Shown here: one piece after another, positions 20,729 through 30,885 of the stretch
Layout: each line of letters starts with the position of its first letter
Position numbering within the stretch: the stretch's first letter is position 1
From: Candidatus Latescibacterota bacterium
GTDB lineage: Bacteria > Latescibacterota > UBA2968 > GCA-2709665
Reading direction: 5' to 3'
Length of the DNA stretch: 64,000 bases
Assembly (NCBI GenBank): GCA_965222075.1
Contig: OZ244937.1
Location: 704,001-768,000, forward strand
The notes under the pieces: generated by a model
The model's database searches: none
Seen by the model: the letters and a program-made list of their open reading frames with translations, nothing else
What the model was told of the DNA's origin: nothing
Position numbers and translations under genes: made by a program

Positions 20729-21496
20729 CTATGCGGTTACCGCTTCGTTTGCATACGCTTTCCGGATCCAATCGTAGCCTTTTTTCTCAAGTTCTGATGC
20801 CAGTTCTTTTCCGCCCGATTTGACGATGCGACCCCCCAGGAGAACGTGCACATAGTCGGGAACGATATAGTTGAGCAGCCGCTGGTAGTGGGTGACCACG
20901 ACTACGGCATTGTCTTTGGTGTGGAGGGTGTTGACCCCGTGGGCGACGACCTTGAGCGCGTCGATGTCCAGGCCCGAGTCGGTTTCGTCCATAATGGCCA
21001 GCCTGGGTTGCAGGACGGCCATCTGGTAGATCTCGTGGCGCTTCTTTTCGCCCCCGGAGAACCCTTCGTTGACCGATCGGCTGAGGAAGCTTTCGTCCAT
21101 TTCGACCAGTTTGAGCTTCTCCCTGGCCAGGGCGAGGAAGTCCATGGCGTCTAACGCTTCCTCGCCGGAGGCCTTCCGGACCTCGTTCAGGGCGGTTCTC
21201 AAGAAGTAAGCGCTGTTGACCCCCGGGATCTCGATCGGGTACTGGAAGGCCATAAAGATGCCTGCCCGGGCCCGCTCATCGGGATCCATCTCCAGCAGGT
21301 CTTCCCCATCGTAGAGCACCTCCCCCTGTGTCACCTCAAACTCTGCATGCCCTGCCAGGACCTGGGCCAGTGTGCTTTTGCCCGATCCGTTGGGACCCAT
21401 GATGGCGTGGATTTCGCCGATGTTGACTTTGAGGTCGATGCCGTGAAGGATTTCGGTATCTTCGACTCTTGCGTGCAGGTTCTTAACTTCCAGCAT
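20729..21496 (-). CDS. sufC: Fe-S assembly ATPase SufC
   Basis: [30 protein letters not shown] and [12 protein letters not shown]. Confidence 0.96.
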   Translation of the reverse strand: MLEVKNLHARVEDTEILHGIDLKVNIGEIHAIMGPNGSGKSTLAQVLAGHAEFEVTQGEVLYDGEDLLEMDPDERARAGIFMAFQYPIEIPGVNSAYFLRTALNEVRKASGEEALDAMDFLALAREKLKLVEMDESFLSRSVNEGFSGGEKKRHEIYQMAVLQPRLAIMDETDSGLDIDALKVVAHGVNTLHTKDNAVVVVTHYQRLLNYIVPDYVHVLLGGRIVKSGGKELASELEKKGYDWIRKAYANEAVTA

Positions 21497-21544
21497 TCTC
21501 CATCCTTTCTAAACTTCAGACCGTGATGCGGTTCGAAACGGTTT

Positions 21545-23014
21545 TTACCCAACGCTGCCCTCAAGGCTGATGCCCAGCAGCTTCTGGGCCTCCACGGCGA
21601 ATTCCATCGGTAGCTCGGCCAGGACCTCCTTGCAGAACCCGTTGACGATCATGGAGACGGCGTCTTCGGTGGAGATGCCGCGCTGGTTGCAGTAGAAGAT
21701 CTGGTCTTCGCCGATCTTGGAGGTGGAGGCCTCGTGTTCCACCTGCGCGCTGGGGTTCTTCGCTTCGATATAAGGAAAGGTGTGGGCGCCGCATTGATCG
21801 CCGATGAGCATCGAGTCGCACTGGGTGAAGTTCCGGGCGTTGGCGGCGCCCTTTAAGATCTTCACCCTGCCGCGGTAGGCGTTTTGGCCGCGCCCGGCGG
21901 AGATCCCTTTTGATACGATGGTGCTCCGGGTGTTTTTTCCGATGTGGATCATGTGTGTGCCGGTGTCGGCCTGTTGGCGCCCGTTGGTGACGGCCACCGA
22001 GTAGAATTCGCCGATCGAGTTGTCTCCCTGGAGGATGCAACTGGGGTATTTCCAGGTGATGGCCGATCCGGTTTCGACCTGCGTCCAGGAGATCTTGGCG
22101 TTCACGCCCCGGCAGGCGCCGCGCTTGGTCACGAAGTTGTAGATTCCCCCTCTGCCCTCTTCGTCTCCGGGGTACCAGTTCTGAACGGTGGAGTACTTGA
22201 TCTGGGCATTGTCGAGGGCGATCAGTTCGACGATGGCGGCGTGGAGCTGATTTTCGTCCCTCTGGGGTGCCGTACACCCCTCTAAGTAGCTGACGTAGCT
22301 GCTTTCATCGGCGATGATGAGCGTGCGTTCGAACTGGCCGGTGTTGGCGGCATTGATCCGGAAATAGGTGGAGAGCTCCATCGGGCAGCGGACGCCTTTG
22401 GGGATGTAGCAGAAGGAGCCGTCGGAAAAGACCGCGGAGTTGAGAGCGGCGAAGAAGTGGTCGTTGTAGGGCACCACGGAGCCGATGTATTTTCGGACCA
22501 GGTCCGGGTGTTCCTGCACGGCCTCGGAGAAGGCGCAGAAGATGATGCCCAGTTCGGCCAGCTTTTCTTTGAAGGTGGTGGCGACAGATACGCTGTCGAA
22601 GACGGCGTCTACGGCTACGCCTGTGAGCATCTTCTGCTCTTCTAAGGGGATACCCAGCTTTTCGTAGGTTTGCAGGAGTTCCGGGTCCACCTCGTCTAAG
22701 CTTTGGGGCCCTTCCCCTTTCCTTTTGGGCGCTGAGTAGTAGATGATGCTCTGGTAATCGATTTCCGGGTAGCGGAGTCTGGTATCCCACCGCCTGGCGT
22801 AGTCGTCTTCCATGGTAAGCCAGGTCCGGTAGGCCTTCAGCCGCCATTCCAGCAGCCAGTCGGGCTCGTTCTTTTTCGCGGAGATGAAACGGACGATCTC
22901 CTCGTCCAGGCCGGGAGGCGCGGCGTCCTGTTCGATGTCGGTGACAAAGCCGTACTTGTATTCTCGGGTTGCAATTTCTTCAATTTCTTTGATTTCGTCT
23001 ATTTCGGTGCTCAT
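21545..23014 (-). CDS. sufB: Fe-S assembly protein SufB
   Basis: [21 protein letters not shown] and ITWKYPS. Confidence 0.96.
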   Translation of the reverse strand: MSTEIDEIKEIEEIATREYKYGFVTDIEQDAAPPGLDEEIVRFISAKKNEPDWLLEWRLKAYRTWLTMEDDYARRWDTRLRYPEIDYQSIIYYSAPKRKGEGPQSLDEVDPELLQTYEKLGIPLEEQKMLTGVAVDAVFDSVSVATTFKEKLAELGIIFCAFSEAVQEHPDLVRKYIGSVVPYNDHFFAALNSAVFSDGSFCYIPKGVRCPMELSTYFRINAANTGQFERTLIIADESSYVSYLEGCTAPQRDENQLHAAIVELIALDNAQIKYSTVQNWYPGDEEGRGGIYNFVTKRGACRGVNAKISWTQVETGSAITWKYPSCILQGDNSIGEFYSVAVTNGRQQADTGTHMIHIGKNTRSTIVSKGISAGRGQNAYRGRVKILKGAANARNFTQCDSMLIGDQCGAHTFPYIEAKNPSAQVEHEASTSKIGEDQIFYCNQRGISTEDAVSMIVNGFCKEVLAELPMEFAVEAQKLLGISLEGSVG

Positions 23015-23104
23015 AGTAGCGTTCCTTTTCGCTGGAGAGGAGAAAATTAGGATTTTTTTTAAACCGGACAGGAGTATAATGCTTGCTGACTGAAATCACA
23101 CTCA

Positions 23105-23133
23105 AACATAACCAAACTGTACTAATGAGTCAA
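23105..23133 (-). promoter_or_regulatory. Putative suf operon promoter
   Basis: TTGACT-17bp-TATGTT on the minus strand in the AT-rich divergent intergenic region. Confidence 0.55.
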
Positions 23134-23270
23134 GTTTAAAAATGGCATGTTCGTTACACGCTAATGTTGGAAATAACTGTTTGTTATAAGTTGATATAGG
23201 TTTGAGTCAAAAATGATGAAAAAGGACATGGATGGGGGATTCGGTTCCCCCAAATCCATCGCGTTTTCTC

Positions 23271-23300
23271 TTGACAGATGGTGGGCTTATTAGGTATTTT
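23271..23300 (+). promoter_or_regulatory. Putative nuo operon promoter
   Basis: TTGACA-18bp-TATTTT. Confidence 0.5.
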
Positions 23301-23385
23301 ACGGCTTTAGAGGTTTGTTTTTAAACTTTCGTTGGATTTTGCGTTTGGACCTTGCAGCGCCACTTTTCAGGAGGCCCTCGGCGAT

Positions 23386-23817
23386 ATGCTTGAGCAATAT
23401 GCCAATGTGTTGATTTTTCTGGGTATAGGGGCTTTTTTTATCGGGTTTAACCTCTTGCTGGGGAGTTTGATTCGTCCCAAGAATCCCTCTCCGGAAAAAT
23501 TGAGTACTTACGAGTGCGGGGAAGAATCGGTCGGGGGCTCCTGGATCCAGTTCAACATCCGTTTCTACGTGGTGGCCCTCGTTTTTATTATCTTCGACGT
23601 TGAAATTGTCTTTCTCTACCCCTGGGCGGTGGCGTTTAAAGACCTTGGGTGGTTTGCGTTTATCGAGATGATGATTTTCGTCGTTATCCTGCTGGTGGGG
23701 CTGGCCTATGCGTGGAAGAAGGGTGCGCTGGAGTGGGTGCGCCCCCAAGTGCCCCAGTTTGGAGATGGGGCGCCCGGCCGGTCGCCCCTGCCTATCTCAC
23801 ACAAACGTAGATCATAA
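23386..23817 (+). CDS. nuoA: NADH-quinone oxidoreductase subunit A
   Basis: [27 protein letters not shown] and KKGALEW. Confidence 0.95.
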   Translation: MLEQYANVLIFLGIGAFFIGFNLLLGSLIRPKNPSPEKLSTYECGEESVGGSWIQFNIRFYVVALVFIIFDVEIVFLYPWAVAFKDLGWFAFIEMMIFVVILLVGLAYAWKKGALEWVRPQVPQFGDGAPGRSPLPISHKRRS

Positions 23818-23837
23818 CAATAGAGGGGGTGGCCTGT

Positions 23838-24323
23838 ATGGGCGTTGTCGAGGGTCGTTTTAACGATAATGTGATTATCACGTCGGTGGATTATTTTGTC
23901 AACTGGGCCAGGCTATCCTCCCTGTGGCCCATGACTTTCGGGCTGGCGTGCTGCGCCATCGAAATGATGGCCACGGGCGCTTCCCGCTACGACTGGGACC
24001 GCCTGGGTCTCATTCCGAGGGCGACCCCCAGGCAGTCGGATTTGATGATTGTCGCCGGCACGGTGACCCTGAAGATGGCCACCCGGGTGAAAAAGCTTTA
24101 CGATCAGATGGCCGAGCCCAGATATGTGATCTCGATGGGGTGCTGCGCCACTTCGGGGGGGCCGTACTGGCAGCATGGGTACCACGTGCTTAAGGGGGTG
24201 GACCGGGTTGTGCCGGTGGACATCTACGTGCCGGGGTGTCCGCCACGGCCCGAGTCGCTCCTGGAAGGCGTTCTCAAGCTCCAGGAAAAGATCCGGCACC
24301 AGTCGATTGCGAAGACAGCGTGA
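23838..24323 (+). CDS. nuoB: NADH-quinone oxidoreductase subunit B
   Basis: [10 protein letters not shown] and [10 protein letters not shown]. Confidence 0.96.
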   Translation: MGVVEGRFNDNVIITSVDYFVNWARLSSLWPMTFGLACCAIEMMATGASRYDWDRLGLIPRATPRQSDLMIVAGTVTLKMATRVKKLYDQMAEPRYVISMGCCATSGGPYWQHGYHVLKGVDRVVPVDIYVPGCPPRPESLLEGVLKLQEKIRHQSIAKTA

Positions 24324-24356
24324 ATCGGGATACTGGCGCCGATGAACACGGATGAT

Positions 24357-24382
24357 GCAGGGCGCACTGCTGTGCGCCCTTC
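24357..24382. repeat. REP-like palindrome (GGGCGCAC..GTGCGCCC), copy 1
   Basis: gcagggcgcactgctgtgcgcccttc between nuoB and nuoC. Confidence 0.6.
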
Positions 24383-24415
24383 TTGGGATCGTTCAGAAAG
24401 GCTTTCGGGTGATTG

Positions 24416-24886
24416 ATGACACCCCAGGAGATCTTCGATAAGCTGAAAGAAAAGTTTGGCGATCAGGTGATCGATCTGATCGACAATGTGGACCCCTTCA
24501 TTCGGGTGAAGGCGGAGGCCATCGGCGGGATTGGACTGTACCTTCGGGACGACGAGGAGATGAAGTTCGAGTCCCTGATGTGTCTTTCCGGTGTGGATTA
24601 TCCGGCTCACCTGACGGTCGTCTACCACCTGTTTTCCACGCTTCACCGACAAAAGGTTGTCCTGAAGGTGGAGGTTGAACGGGAAGACCCGCACGTGCCT
24701 ACGGTGGAGCAGGTGTGGCAGGTGGCCAACTGGCACGAGCGGGAGACCTACGATATGTACGGGATCGTATTTGACGGGCACAGCGACCCTCGCCGTATTC
24801 TCTGCCCGGACGACTGGGAGGGGTTCCCGCTACGCAAGGACTACCAGGTTCAGGAGTTTTACCGCGGCATCAAGGTTGAGGTATAA
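24416..24886 (+). CDS. nuoC: NADH-quinone oxidoreductase subunit C
   Basis: ANWHERETYDMYGIVF.GH and GFPLRKDY. Confidence 0.94.
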   Translation: MTPQEIFDKLKEKFGDQVIDLIDNVDPFIRVKAEAIGGIGLYLRDDEEMKFESLMCLSGVDYPAHLTVVYHLFSTLHRQKVVLKVEVEREDPHVPTVEQVWQVANWHERETYDMYGIVFDGHSDPRRILCPDDWEGFPLRKDYQVQEFYRGIKVEV

Positions 24887-24888
24887 AT

Positions 24889-26091
24889 ATGGCAGACGTA
24901 CAGCAGGGCGTACCGGAAGCACAGGTCACCGTCGAACGGCCCGGACAGCCGCCTGAAATCGCTCTGGAGGACGACAGTCTCCAAAGCGACGTCATGACGA
25001 TTAACATGGGGCCGCAGCACCCGAGCACCCACGGCGTGCTGCGCCTGGAAATCAAGACCGATGGGGAGATTGTTAAAGACGCCCGGCCCCACATCGGCTA
25101 CCTGCACCGCTGCTTTGAGAAGCACGCCGAGCATCTCCCTTATCCTCAGGTGATTCCGTTTACCGACCGGATGGACTACCTGGCCGCAATGAATAACAAC
25201 CTGGGCTATGTGCTGGGGGTCGAAAAGCTGCTGGAGCTGAAGGTCCCGGAGCGGGTGGAGTACATCCGGGTGATTATGGCGGAGCTCAATCGGATTGCCA
25301 GCCACCTGGTCTCGTTCGGGACCTACGGGATGGACATCGGGGCGTTCACGCCCTTCCTGTTTGCCTTCCGGGAGCGGGAGGAAATTTTCGATCTGTTCGA
25401 GATGACCTGTGGCGCCCGCATGCTTTACAACTATATCTGGGTGGGCGGGGTGTCGCACGACCTTCCCGTGGGTTTTATGGAGCGGACACGGGCCTTTTTG
25501 GACAAGTTCAACAGCAAGATCAAGGAGTATAACGCCCTGCTGTCGCACAACAAGATCTTCATCGAGCGGACGGCGAACGTGGGGGTGCTGCCGATCGATA
25601 TGGCCTATTCCTACAATATCACCGGCCCCAATCTGCGGGGGTCGGGGGTGCAGTGGGACCTGCGGCGGGACGATCCCTATTCGATCTACGACCGGTTCGA
25701 GTTCGAGGTTCCCTGCGGGATGGGGGAGGTGGGTACGGTGGGGGACTGCTGGGACCGGTATATGGTCCGCATCCGCGAGATGGAACAGAGCGCCAGGATC
25801 GTGAGGCAGGCCCTGGACCAGCTCCCGGACGGAGACGTGCACAAGGCGGTGCCCCGGAACGTGCGCCCACCCAGGGATGTCGAGTGCTATTTTCGGAGCG
25901 AGAACCCCCGAGGAGAGCTGGGGGTGTATGTGATCAGCGATGGATCGAACGTGCCCTACCGGGTGCGGGTGAAGTCCCCCTGTTTTACGGCGATGAGCAT
26001 GTTCCACGAGATCTGCCGGGGGCATTTTGTTGCGGATATCGTCGCCATTATCGGCAGTTTGGATATTGTACTGGGAGAGATCGACAGGTGA
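24889..26091 (+). CDS. nuoD: NADH-quinone oxidoreductase subunit D
   Basis: [21 protein letters not shown] and DIVLGEIDR. No NiFe-binding CxxC pairs. Confidence 0.96.
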   Translation: MADVQQGVPEAQVTVERPGQPPEIALEDDSLQSDVMTINMGPQHPSTHGVLRLEIKTDGEIVKDARPHIGYLHRCFEKHAEHLPYPQVIPFTDRMDYLAAMNNNLGYVLGVEKLLELKVPERVEYIRVIMAELNRIASHLVSFGTYGMDIGAFTPFLFAFREREEIFDLFEMTCGARMLYNYIWVGGVSHDLPVGFMERTRAFLDKFNSKIKEYNALLSHNKIFIERTANVGVLPIDMAYSYNITGPNLRGSGVQWDLRRDDPYSIYDRFEFEVPCGMGEVGTVGDCWDRYMVRIREMEQSARIVRQALDQLPDGDVHKAVPRNVRPPRDVECYFRSENPRGELGVYVISDGSNVPYRVRVKSPCFTAMSMFHEICRGHFVADIVAIIGSLDIVLGEIDR

Positions 26092-26113
26092 GGTGTTGGA
26101 CTTTGGAGGTGAG

Positions 26114-27286
26114 ATGCAGCAGTTAGCGCAGCAGCTGGTTTCCGAGGTGCCGTTTTTGCAGGGCGTGTCGGTGGTTTGGGTGCAGGTGGTGCTGGGGATC
26201 GTGTCCGGGGTGATTATTCTGACCCTGGTGGCCGTGCTGGGGATGGTTCTGGTATGGCTGGAGCGAAAGGTGTCGGCTCACATGCAGGACCGGCTGGGGC
26301 CGATGCGGGTTGGGGGATGGCACGGCTGGTCGCAGACGCTTGCCGATGGGATCAAGCTGCTGCTGAAGGAGGATATTATTCCGGCGGCCGCAGACCGGTT
26401 GCTGTTCAAGCTGGCCCCGCTGGTGGTCTTTGGCGGGGCGCTTGCGGTGTACGTCACGGTGCCCTTCGGTAGGTATTTGATCGTAAGTGACCTGAATATC
26501 GGCGTGTTCTATATTCTGGCGATTTCCTCCCTGGGCGTCATCGGACTTTTGATGGCCGGATGGGCGTCCAACAACAAGTGGGCGCTGTTGGGGGCGATGC
26601 GGTCGGCCGCACAGGTGGTGAGTTACGAGATTCCGATTGCGCTGGCGTTGCTGAGTGTGATCCCTCTGGTTGGCTCGTTGAGCATGCAGGAGCTTGTTGC
26701 GGCTCAGGACGGGGGGTTTCATCGGTGGTTTCTTTTGCGGAATCCGTTTACTTTTCTGGGGTTCTTTCTCTTTTTTATCGCTTCGCTGGCGGAGGTGAAC
26801 CGGACGCCGTTTGACATTTCCGAAGCGGAGTCGGAACTGGTGGCCGGGTACCATACCGAGTACAGCGGGATGCGGTTTTCGTTCTTCTTTATTGCCGAGT
26901 ACGCCTCCATGGCGGCGGTGAGCATCGTGGCGGCCACACTTTTTCTTGGGGGGTGGCAGGCGCCCTGGGGCGGCTCTTTCCCCGGCGGGTTCTTCTGGGT
27001 GATGGGGAAGGCGCTGTTCCTGGTTTTTGTTCAAATGTGGCTGCGGTGGACCCTGCCCCGTCTGCGGGTGGACCAGCTGATGTATGTGGGCTGGAAGGTG
27101 CTCACACCGGCCACGTTCGTCTGCCTGGTGGGGTCGGTGGTCTGGGACTACGCAGCGCCCCCCTGGCTCACGCGGCTGGGGTCGGCGGTTTTGATGGTGG
27201 TACTGGCCGCTATTCTGGTCCTGCTGGTGCGTACGGCCGCACAGGGCCTCCTGGAGGGCCGCCACCAGCGGGCAGAAGCGGCGTAG
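26114..27286 (+). CDS. nuoH: NADH-quinone oxidoreductase subunit H
   Basis: [14 protein letters not shown] and [23 protein letters not shown]. Confidence 0.96.
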   Translation: MQQLAQQLVSEVPFLQGVSVVWVQVVLGIVSGVIILTLVAVLGMVLVWLERKVSAHMQDRLGPMRVGGWHGWSQTLADGIKLLLKEDIIPAAADRLLFKLAPLVVFGGALAVYVTVPFGRYLIVSDLNIGVFYILAISSLGVIGLLMAGWASNNKWALLGAMRSAAQVVSYEIPIALALLSVIPLVGSLSMQELVAAQDGGFHRWFLLRNPFTFLGFFLFFIASLAEVNRTPFDISEAESELVAGYHTEYSGMRFSFFFIAEYASMAAVSIVAATLFLGGWQAPWGGSFPGGFFWVMGKALFLVFVQMWLRWTLPRLRVDQLMYVGWKVLTPATFVCLVGSVVWDYAAPPWLTRLGSAVLMVVLAAILVLLVRTAAQGLLEGRHQRAEAA

Positions 27287-27305
27287 GGAACCTCAGCTCT
27301 GTTGG

Positions 27306-27342
27306 GCCTGCCTGCAGCGCGGCAGGCAGGCGCGCAGGCAGG
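27306..27342. repeat. CCTGCCTGC...GCAGGCAGG palindromic element, copy 3 (right arm duplicated)
   Basis: gcctgcctgcagcgcggcaggcaggcgcgcaggcagg between nuoH and nuoI. Confidence 0.7.
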
Positions 27343-27380
27343 TGGTCGTTGATTCATAAATCAATCTAAGGGTGATCCAT

Positions 27381-27890
27381 ATGGGACGGTACTTCAGAAA
27401 TATCTATCAGTCTATCTCTTCGATCTGGGTCGGGATGAATATTACGCTGAAACACCTCTTTACACCCTCCATTACCCTGCAGTACCCCGAAGAGAAGTGG
27501 GTGATGCCCGAGCGGGCGCGCAACCAGTTGTTCAACGATATGGACGACTGCATCGGGTGCGACCAGTGCGCCCGGGTCTGTCCGGTGGATTGCATCTACA
27601 TTGAGACGGAGAAGTCGGGGCCCGGTGAGGATCTGGGATTGACGTCTAAAGGGACCAAGAAGCGCCTGAAGGTCCTCCGCTTCGACATCGATATGGGACT
27701 TTGCTGCTATTGCGGCCTGTGCACCTATCCTTGCCCCACGGAGTGTTTGGTGATGACGTCCAACTACGAGGCTTCGGTCTACGATCGGTCGGATCTGATC
27801 TATCGCTATGTGCGGCCGGAGGACTACGAAAAGCTGCCGTTGGAAGACGCGGGTAGGGCGGACCCGGAAAAGACGGCTGCGGCGAGGTAG
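27381..27890 (+). CDS. nuoI: NADH-quinone oxidoreductase subunit I
   Basis: TLQYPEE and two CxxCxxCxxxCP ferredoxin motifs. Confidence 0.94.
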   Translation: MGRYFRNIYQSISSIWVGMNITLKHLFTPSITLQYPEEKWVMPERARNQLFNDMDDCIGCDQCARVCPVDCIYIETEKSGPGEDLGLTSKGTKKRLKVLRFDIDMGLCCYCGLCTYPCPTECLVMTSNYEASVYDRSDLIYRYVRPEDYEKLPLEDAGRADPEKTAAAR

Positions 27891-27913
27891 GGCGCACGGC
27901 CGTGCGCCCCTGC
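27887..27913. repeat. REP-like palindrome (GTAG-GGCGCAC..GTGCGCCC), copy 2
   Basis: gtagggcgcacggccgtgcgcccctgc directly at the nuoI stop codon. Confidence 0.65.
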
Positions 27914-27929
27914 GGTGGATGACAAACCT

Positions 27930-28439
27930 ATGCAACTTTCAACGGTTATTTTCTACATTTTTGCCCTTGTTACGGTCGGGTCGGGCGCGATGGTGGTGTT
28001 TGCCAACCGACTGATCCATGCGGTTTTTGCCTTGCTGTTTACGTTTTTCGGGGTGGCGGGGCTTTACATTTTCCTGGGGGCGGATTTCCTGGCCGGCGCA
28101 CAGGTACTGATCTATGTGGGCGGGATTTTGATCCTGATGCTTTTCGGTGTGATGCTGACCAATCGGATCTACGATTTGAGAATCTTAGCCGAACGGGTGC
28201 AGTTTGTGCCGAGCGTTATCGTGGTCGGAATCGGGTTTGCCCTGCTGGTCTTTGTCATTATCAGGACCACCTGGCCGTTATCCAATGGGGCGCTGCGGAC
28301 GTATACAACGGCCCGGATCGGGAAGTTGCTGATGACGGACTATCTGCTGCCGTTCGAGGTGGCATCGGTGCTGCTTTTGGTAGCACTGATCGGGGCTGTC
28401 CTGCTTGCCAGCAGAGAGGACGAAGAAGGGGAGTTATGA
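27930..28439 (+). CDS. nuoJ: NADH-quinone oxidoreductase subunit J
   Basis: QVLIYVGGILILMLF and YLLPFEVASVLLLVALIGA. Confidence 0.94.
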   Translation: MQLSTVIFYIFALVTVGSGAMVVFANRLIHAVFALLFTFFGVAGLYIFLGADFLAGAQVLIYVGGILILMLFGVMLTNRIYDLRILAERVQFVPSVIVVGIGFALLVFVIIRTTWPLSNGALRTYTTARIGKLLMTDYLLPFEVASVLLLVALIGAVLLASREDEEGEL

Positions 28440-28741
28440 TTACGCTGGAACACTATCTGGTTGTGGGAGCTGCGCTCTTCTCCCTGGGCATCCTGGCAGT
28501 GGTCACCCGTCGCAATGCGATTACGGTGCTGATGGGGGTGGAGTTGATCCTGAATGCTGCGAATATCAATTTAGTCGCTTTTTCCCGGTTTTCCGATGCG
28601 GGGATCGACGGACAGGTCTTTGCGATCTTCGTGATTATCTTAGCTGCGGCCGAAGCGGCCGTGGCTTTAGCGATTGTGCTGAATATTTACCGGAACTACC
28701 AGATGGTCATCGTAGACCGGATGAACTCGTTGAGCGGTTGA
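28436..28741 (+). CDS. nuoK: NADH-quinone oxidoreductase subunit K
   Basis: RRNAI.VLMGVELILNAAN and AAAEAAVALA. Confidence 0.95.
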   Translation: MITLEHYLVVGAALFSLGILAVVTRRNAITVLMGVELILNAANINLVAFSRFSDAGIDGQVFAIFVIILAAAEAAVALAIVLNIYRNYQMVIVDRMNSLSG

Positions 28742-28798
28742 CGCTTCCGGAGCCGCGTTCAACGCTGTTGTTGAAGGCGGTGTTGTTTTGGGGGGGAT

Positions 28799-30868
28799 AT
28801 GCCCGTAGATCTTTTGCTGATTCCCGCACTTCCTCTGCTTGCCTACGCCATCCAGGCTTTCCTGGGGCGGCGCCTGCCGCGCGGGGGAGACTGGGTGCCG
28901 CTTGCCGCCATCGCCATCGCCTTTTTGCTTTCTTTCCGGCTTTTCATCCAGGCATTTTCCGCTTACGACCCCAATTTCAGAATTGCGCTTGAACGCTGGA
29001 CCTGGCTGGACCTGGGGTCGGCCAGGATCGCGGTCGGTCTGTTGATCGACAATATGACCGTGATCATGCTGATGGTGGTGACCGTGGTCAGCGGGCTGGT
29101 GCACCTCTACTCGGTCGGGTATATGCACAACGATCCCCGGTATGCCCGGTTTTTCGGATTTCTGGCTCTCTTCTCCTTTTCCATGCTCGGCCTGGTGATG
29201 GTGGACAACTTCCTGCTGCTCTACGTATTCTGGGAGCTGGTCGGGTTGAGTTCTTATCTGCTCATCGGGTTTTGGTACGAAAAACCCTCTGCTGCATCCG
29301 CCTGTAAAAAGGCCTTTCTGGTCAACCGGGTGGGCGACCTGGGCTTTTTTATCGGGATTATGATTGTTTTTTCGCAGCTGGGAGTGTTCGATTACGACGG
29401 CGTCTATGCGGGGGTTGCCCAGGGGAAGCTGAGCGGCTGGCTGCTAACGGCCGCCGGGCTTTGCCTCTTCTGCGGGGCGATCGGGAAGTCGGCGCAGTTC
29501 CCCCTGCACGTGTGGTTGCCCGACGCGATGGAGGGCCCCACGCCGGTAAGCGCGCTGATCCACGCGGCCACGATGGTGGCGGCCGGGGTTTATATGGTGA
29601 CCCGGATGTTCCCGATTCTGACGCCGGACGCGCTGGTGGTGATCGCCTATATCGGCGCAATTACGGCGATTTTGGGGGCCACGATCGCCGTGGCGCAGTA
29701 CGATATCAAGCGGGTGCTGGCCTACTCGACGATCAGCCAGCTGGGATATATGATTATGGGCCTGGGGGTGGGCGCCTACGTGGCAGGCTTTTTCCATTTG
29801 ATGACGCACGCGGCTTTCAAGGCCTGTTTGTTCCTGGGATCGGGGAGCGTGATTCACGCGGTGCAGCACGTGTTTCACCACACCCATTCCAAAGAGGACC
29901 CCCAGGATATGCGGAATATGGGGGGGCTGAAGACAAAGATGCCCCTGACCTTCTGGACGTTCCTGATCGCCACGGTGGCCTTGGCGGGCGTGCCGTTTAC
30001 GTCGGGGTTTTTAAGCAAAGACGCCATTCTGGCCGGAGCGCTGGGCTTTGGCGGGTTTGCGCATCCGAAGCATTTTCTGCTGCCTCTGTTCGGCTTTGGG
30101 GCGGCGGGGCTGACGGCCTATTATATGTTCCGGCTGATCTTTATGACGTTTTACGGGGAGCCGAAGGAGAGGCAGGTGGCCGAACTGGCCCACGAGTCGC
30201 CCCGGGTGATGACGGTGCCTCTGGTCATCCTGGCGGCCCTGAGCGTCTGGTTCTGGTACAGCCTGAATCCGTTCGGTGAGGGGTGGTTCCACGATCTGGT
30301 GGTGAAACCGGAGAGCGCCGCAGTGCAGGCGGGTACGCACGCAGATGCGCCTCTGATACCGGCCGGCGCAGCGGTGCACGCGGCCGCCGGAGCACATGCG
30401 GATCTGGCCCATTACCCGGCGATGATCCTTTCGATTCTGATTGTAGGCGCCGGTATTTTTCTGGCCTACCGGCGGTATTATAACCGCCGGGCGGAGATGA
30501 TCGCCCATGAAACGACCCAGCTTGAGCAGGACAGACTGTTCCGGACGCTGAACAACAAGTGGTATTTCGACGAGTTCTACGATGCGACGGTGATCCGGGC
30601 GACACTGGCCGTGCGCATGATGCTGAACTGGTTCGACATGTGGATCGTTGACGGGCTGGTGAATGCGTTGGCCGCCATCACCCGGGGGATCTCGTGGCTG
30701 GAAGGGCTGTTCGACACCTGGGTAGTGGACGGGGCCGTCAACGGCCTGGCAGACACCATTATATGGGCGGGAGCCAGGCTGCGGCGGATTCAGACGGGAC
30801 AGCTGCAGACGTACGTGGTTTTCGTCCTGGCCGGCATTCTGGTACTGATGATTCTTCGAATGATTTAA
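28799..30868 (+). CDS. nuoL: NADH-quinone oxidoreductase subunit L
   Basis: GKSAQFPLHVWLPDAMEGPTPVSALIHAATMV. Confidence 0.96.
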   Translation: MPVDLLLIPALPLLAYAIQAFLGRRLPRGGDWVPLAAIAIAFLLSFRLFIQAFSAYDPNFRIALERWTWLDLGSARIAVGLLIDNMTVIMLMVVTVVSGLVHLYSVGYMHNDPRYARFFGFLALFSFSMLGLVMVDNFLLLYVFWELVGLSSYLLIGFWYEKPSAASACKKAFLVNRVGDLGFFIGIMIVFSQLGVFDYDGVYAGVAQGKLSGWLLTAAGLCLFCGAIGKSAQFPLHVWLPDAMEGPTPVSALIHAATMVAAGVYMVTRMFPILTPDALVVIAYIGAITAILGATIAVAQYDIKRVLAYSTISQLGYMIMGLGVGAYVAGFFHLMTHAAFKACLFLGSGSVIHAVQHVFHHTHSKEDPQDMRNMGGLKTKMPLTFWTFLIATVALAGVPFTSGFLSKDAILAGALGFGGFAHPKHFLLPLFGFGAAGLTAYYMFRLIFMTFYGEPKERQVAELAHESPRVMTVPLVILAALSVWFWYSLNPFGEGWFHDLVVKPESAAVQAGTHADAPLIPAGAAVHAAAGAHADLAHYPAMILSILIVGAGIFLAYRRYYNRRAEMIAHETTQLEQDRLFRTLNNKWYFDEFYDATVIRATLAVRMMLNWFDMWIVDGLVNALAAITRGISWLEGLFDTWVVDGAVNGLADTIIWAGARLRRIQTGQLQTYVVFVLAGILVLMILRMI

Positions 30869-30885
30869 AGGGAGGAAGCCGACGG

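Noticed and set aside
24889-26091. Group 4 NiFe-hydrogenase instead of complex I
   Set aside because: The large subunit lacks both CxxC NiFe-binding motifs and has the NuoD quinone-site signature.
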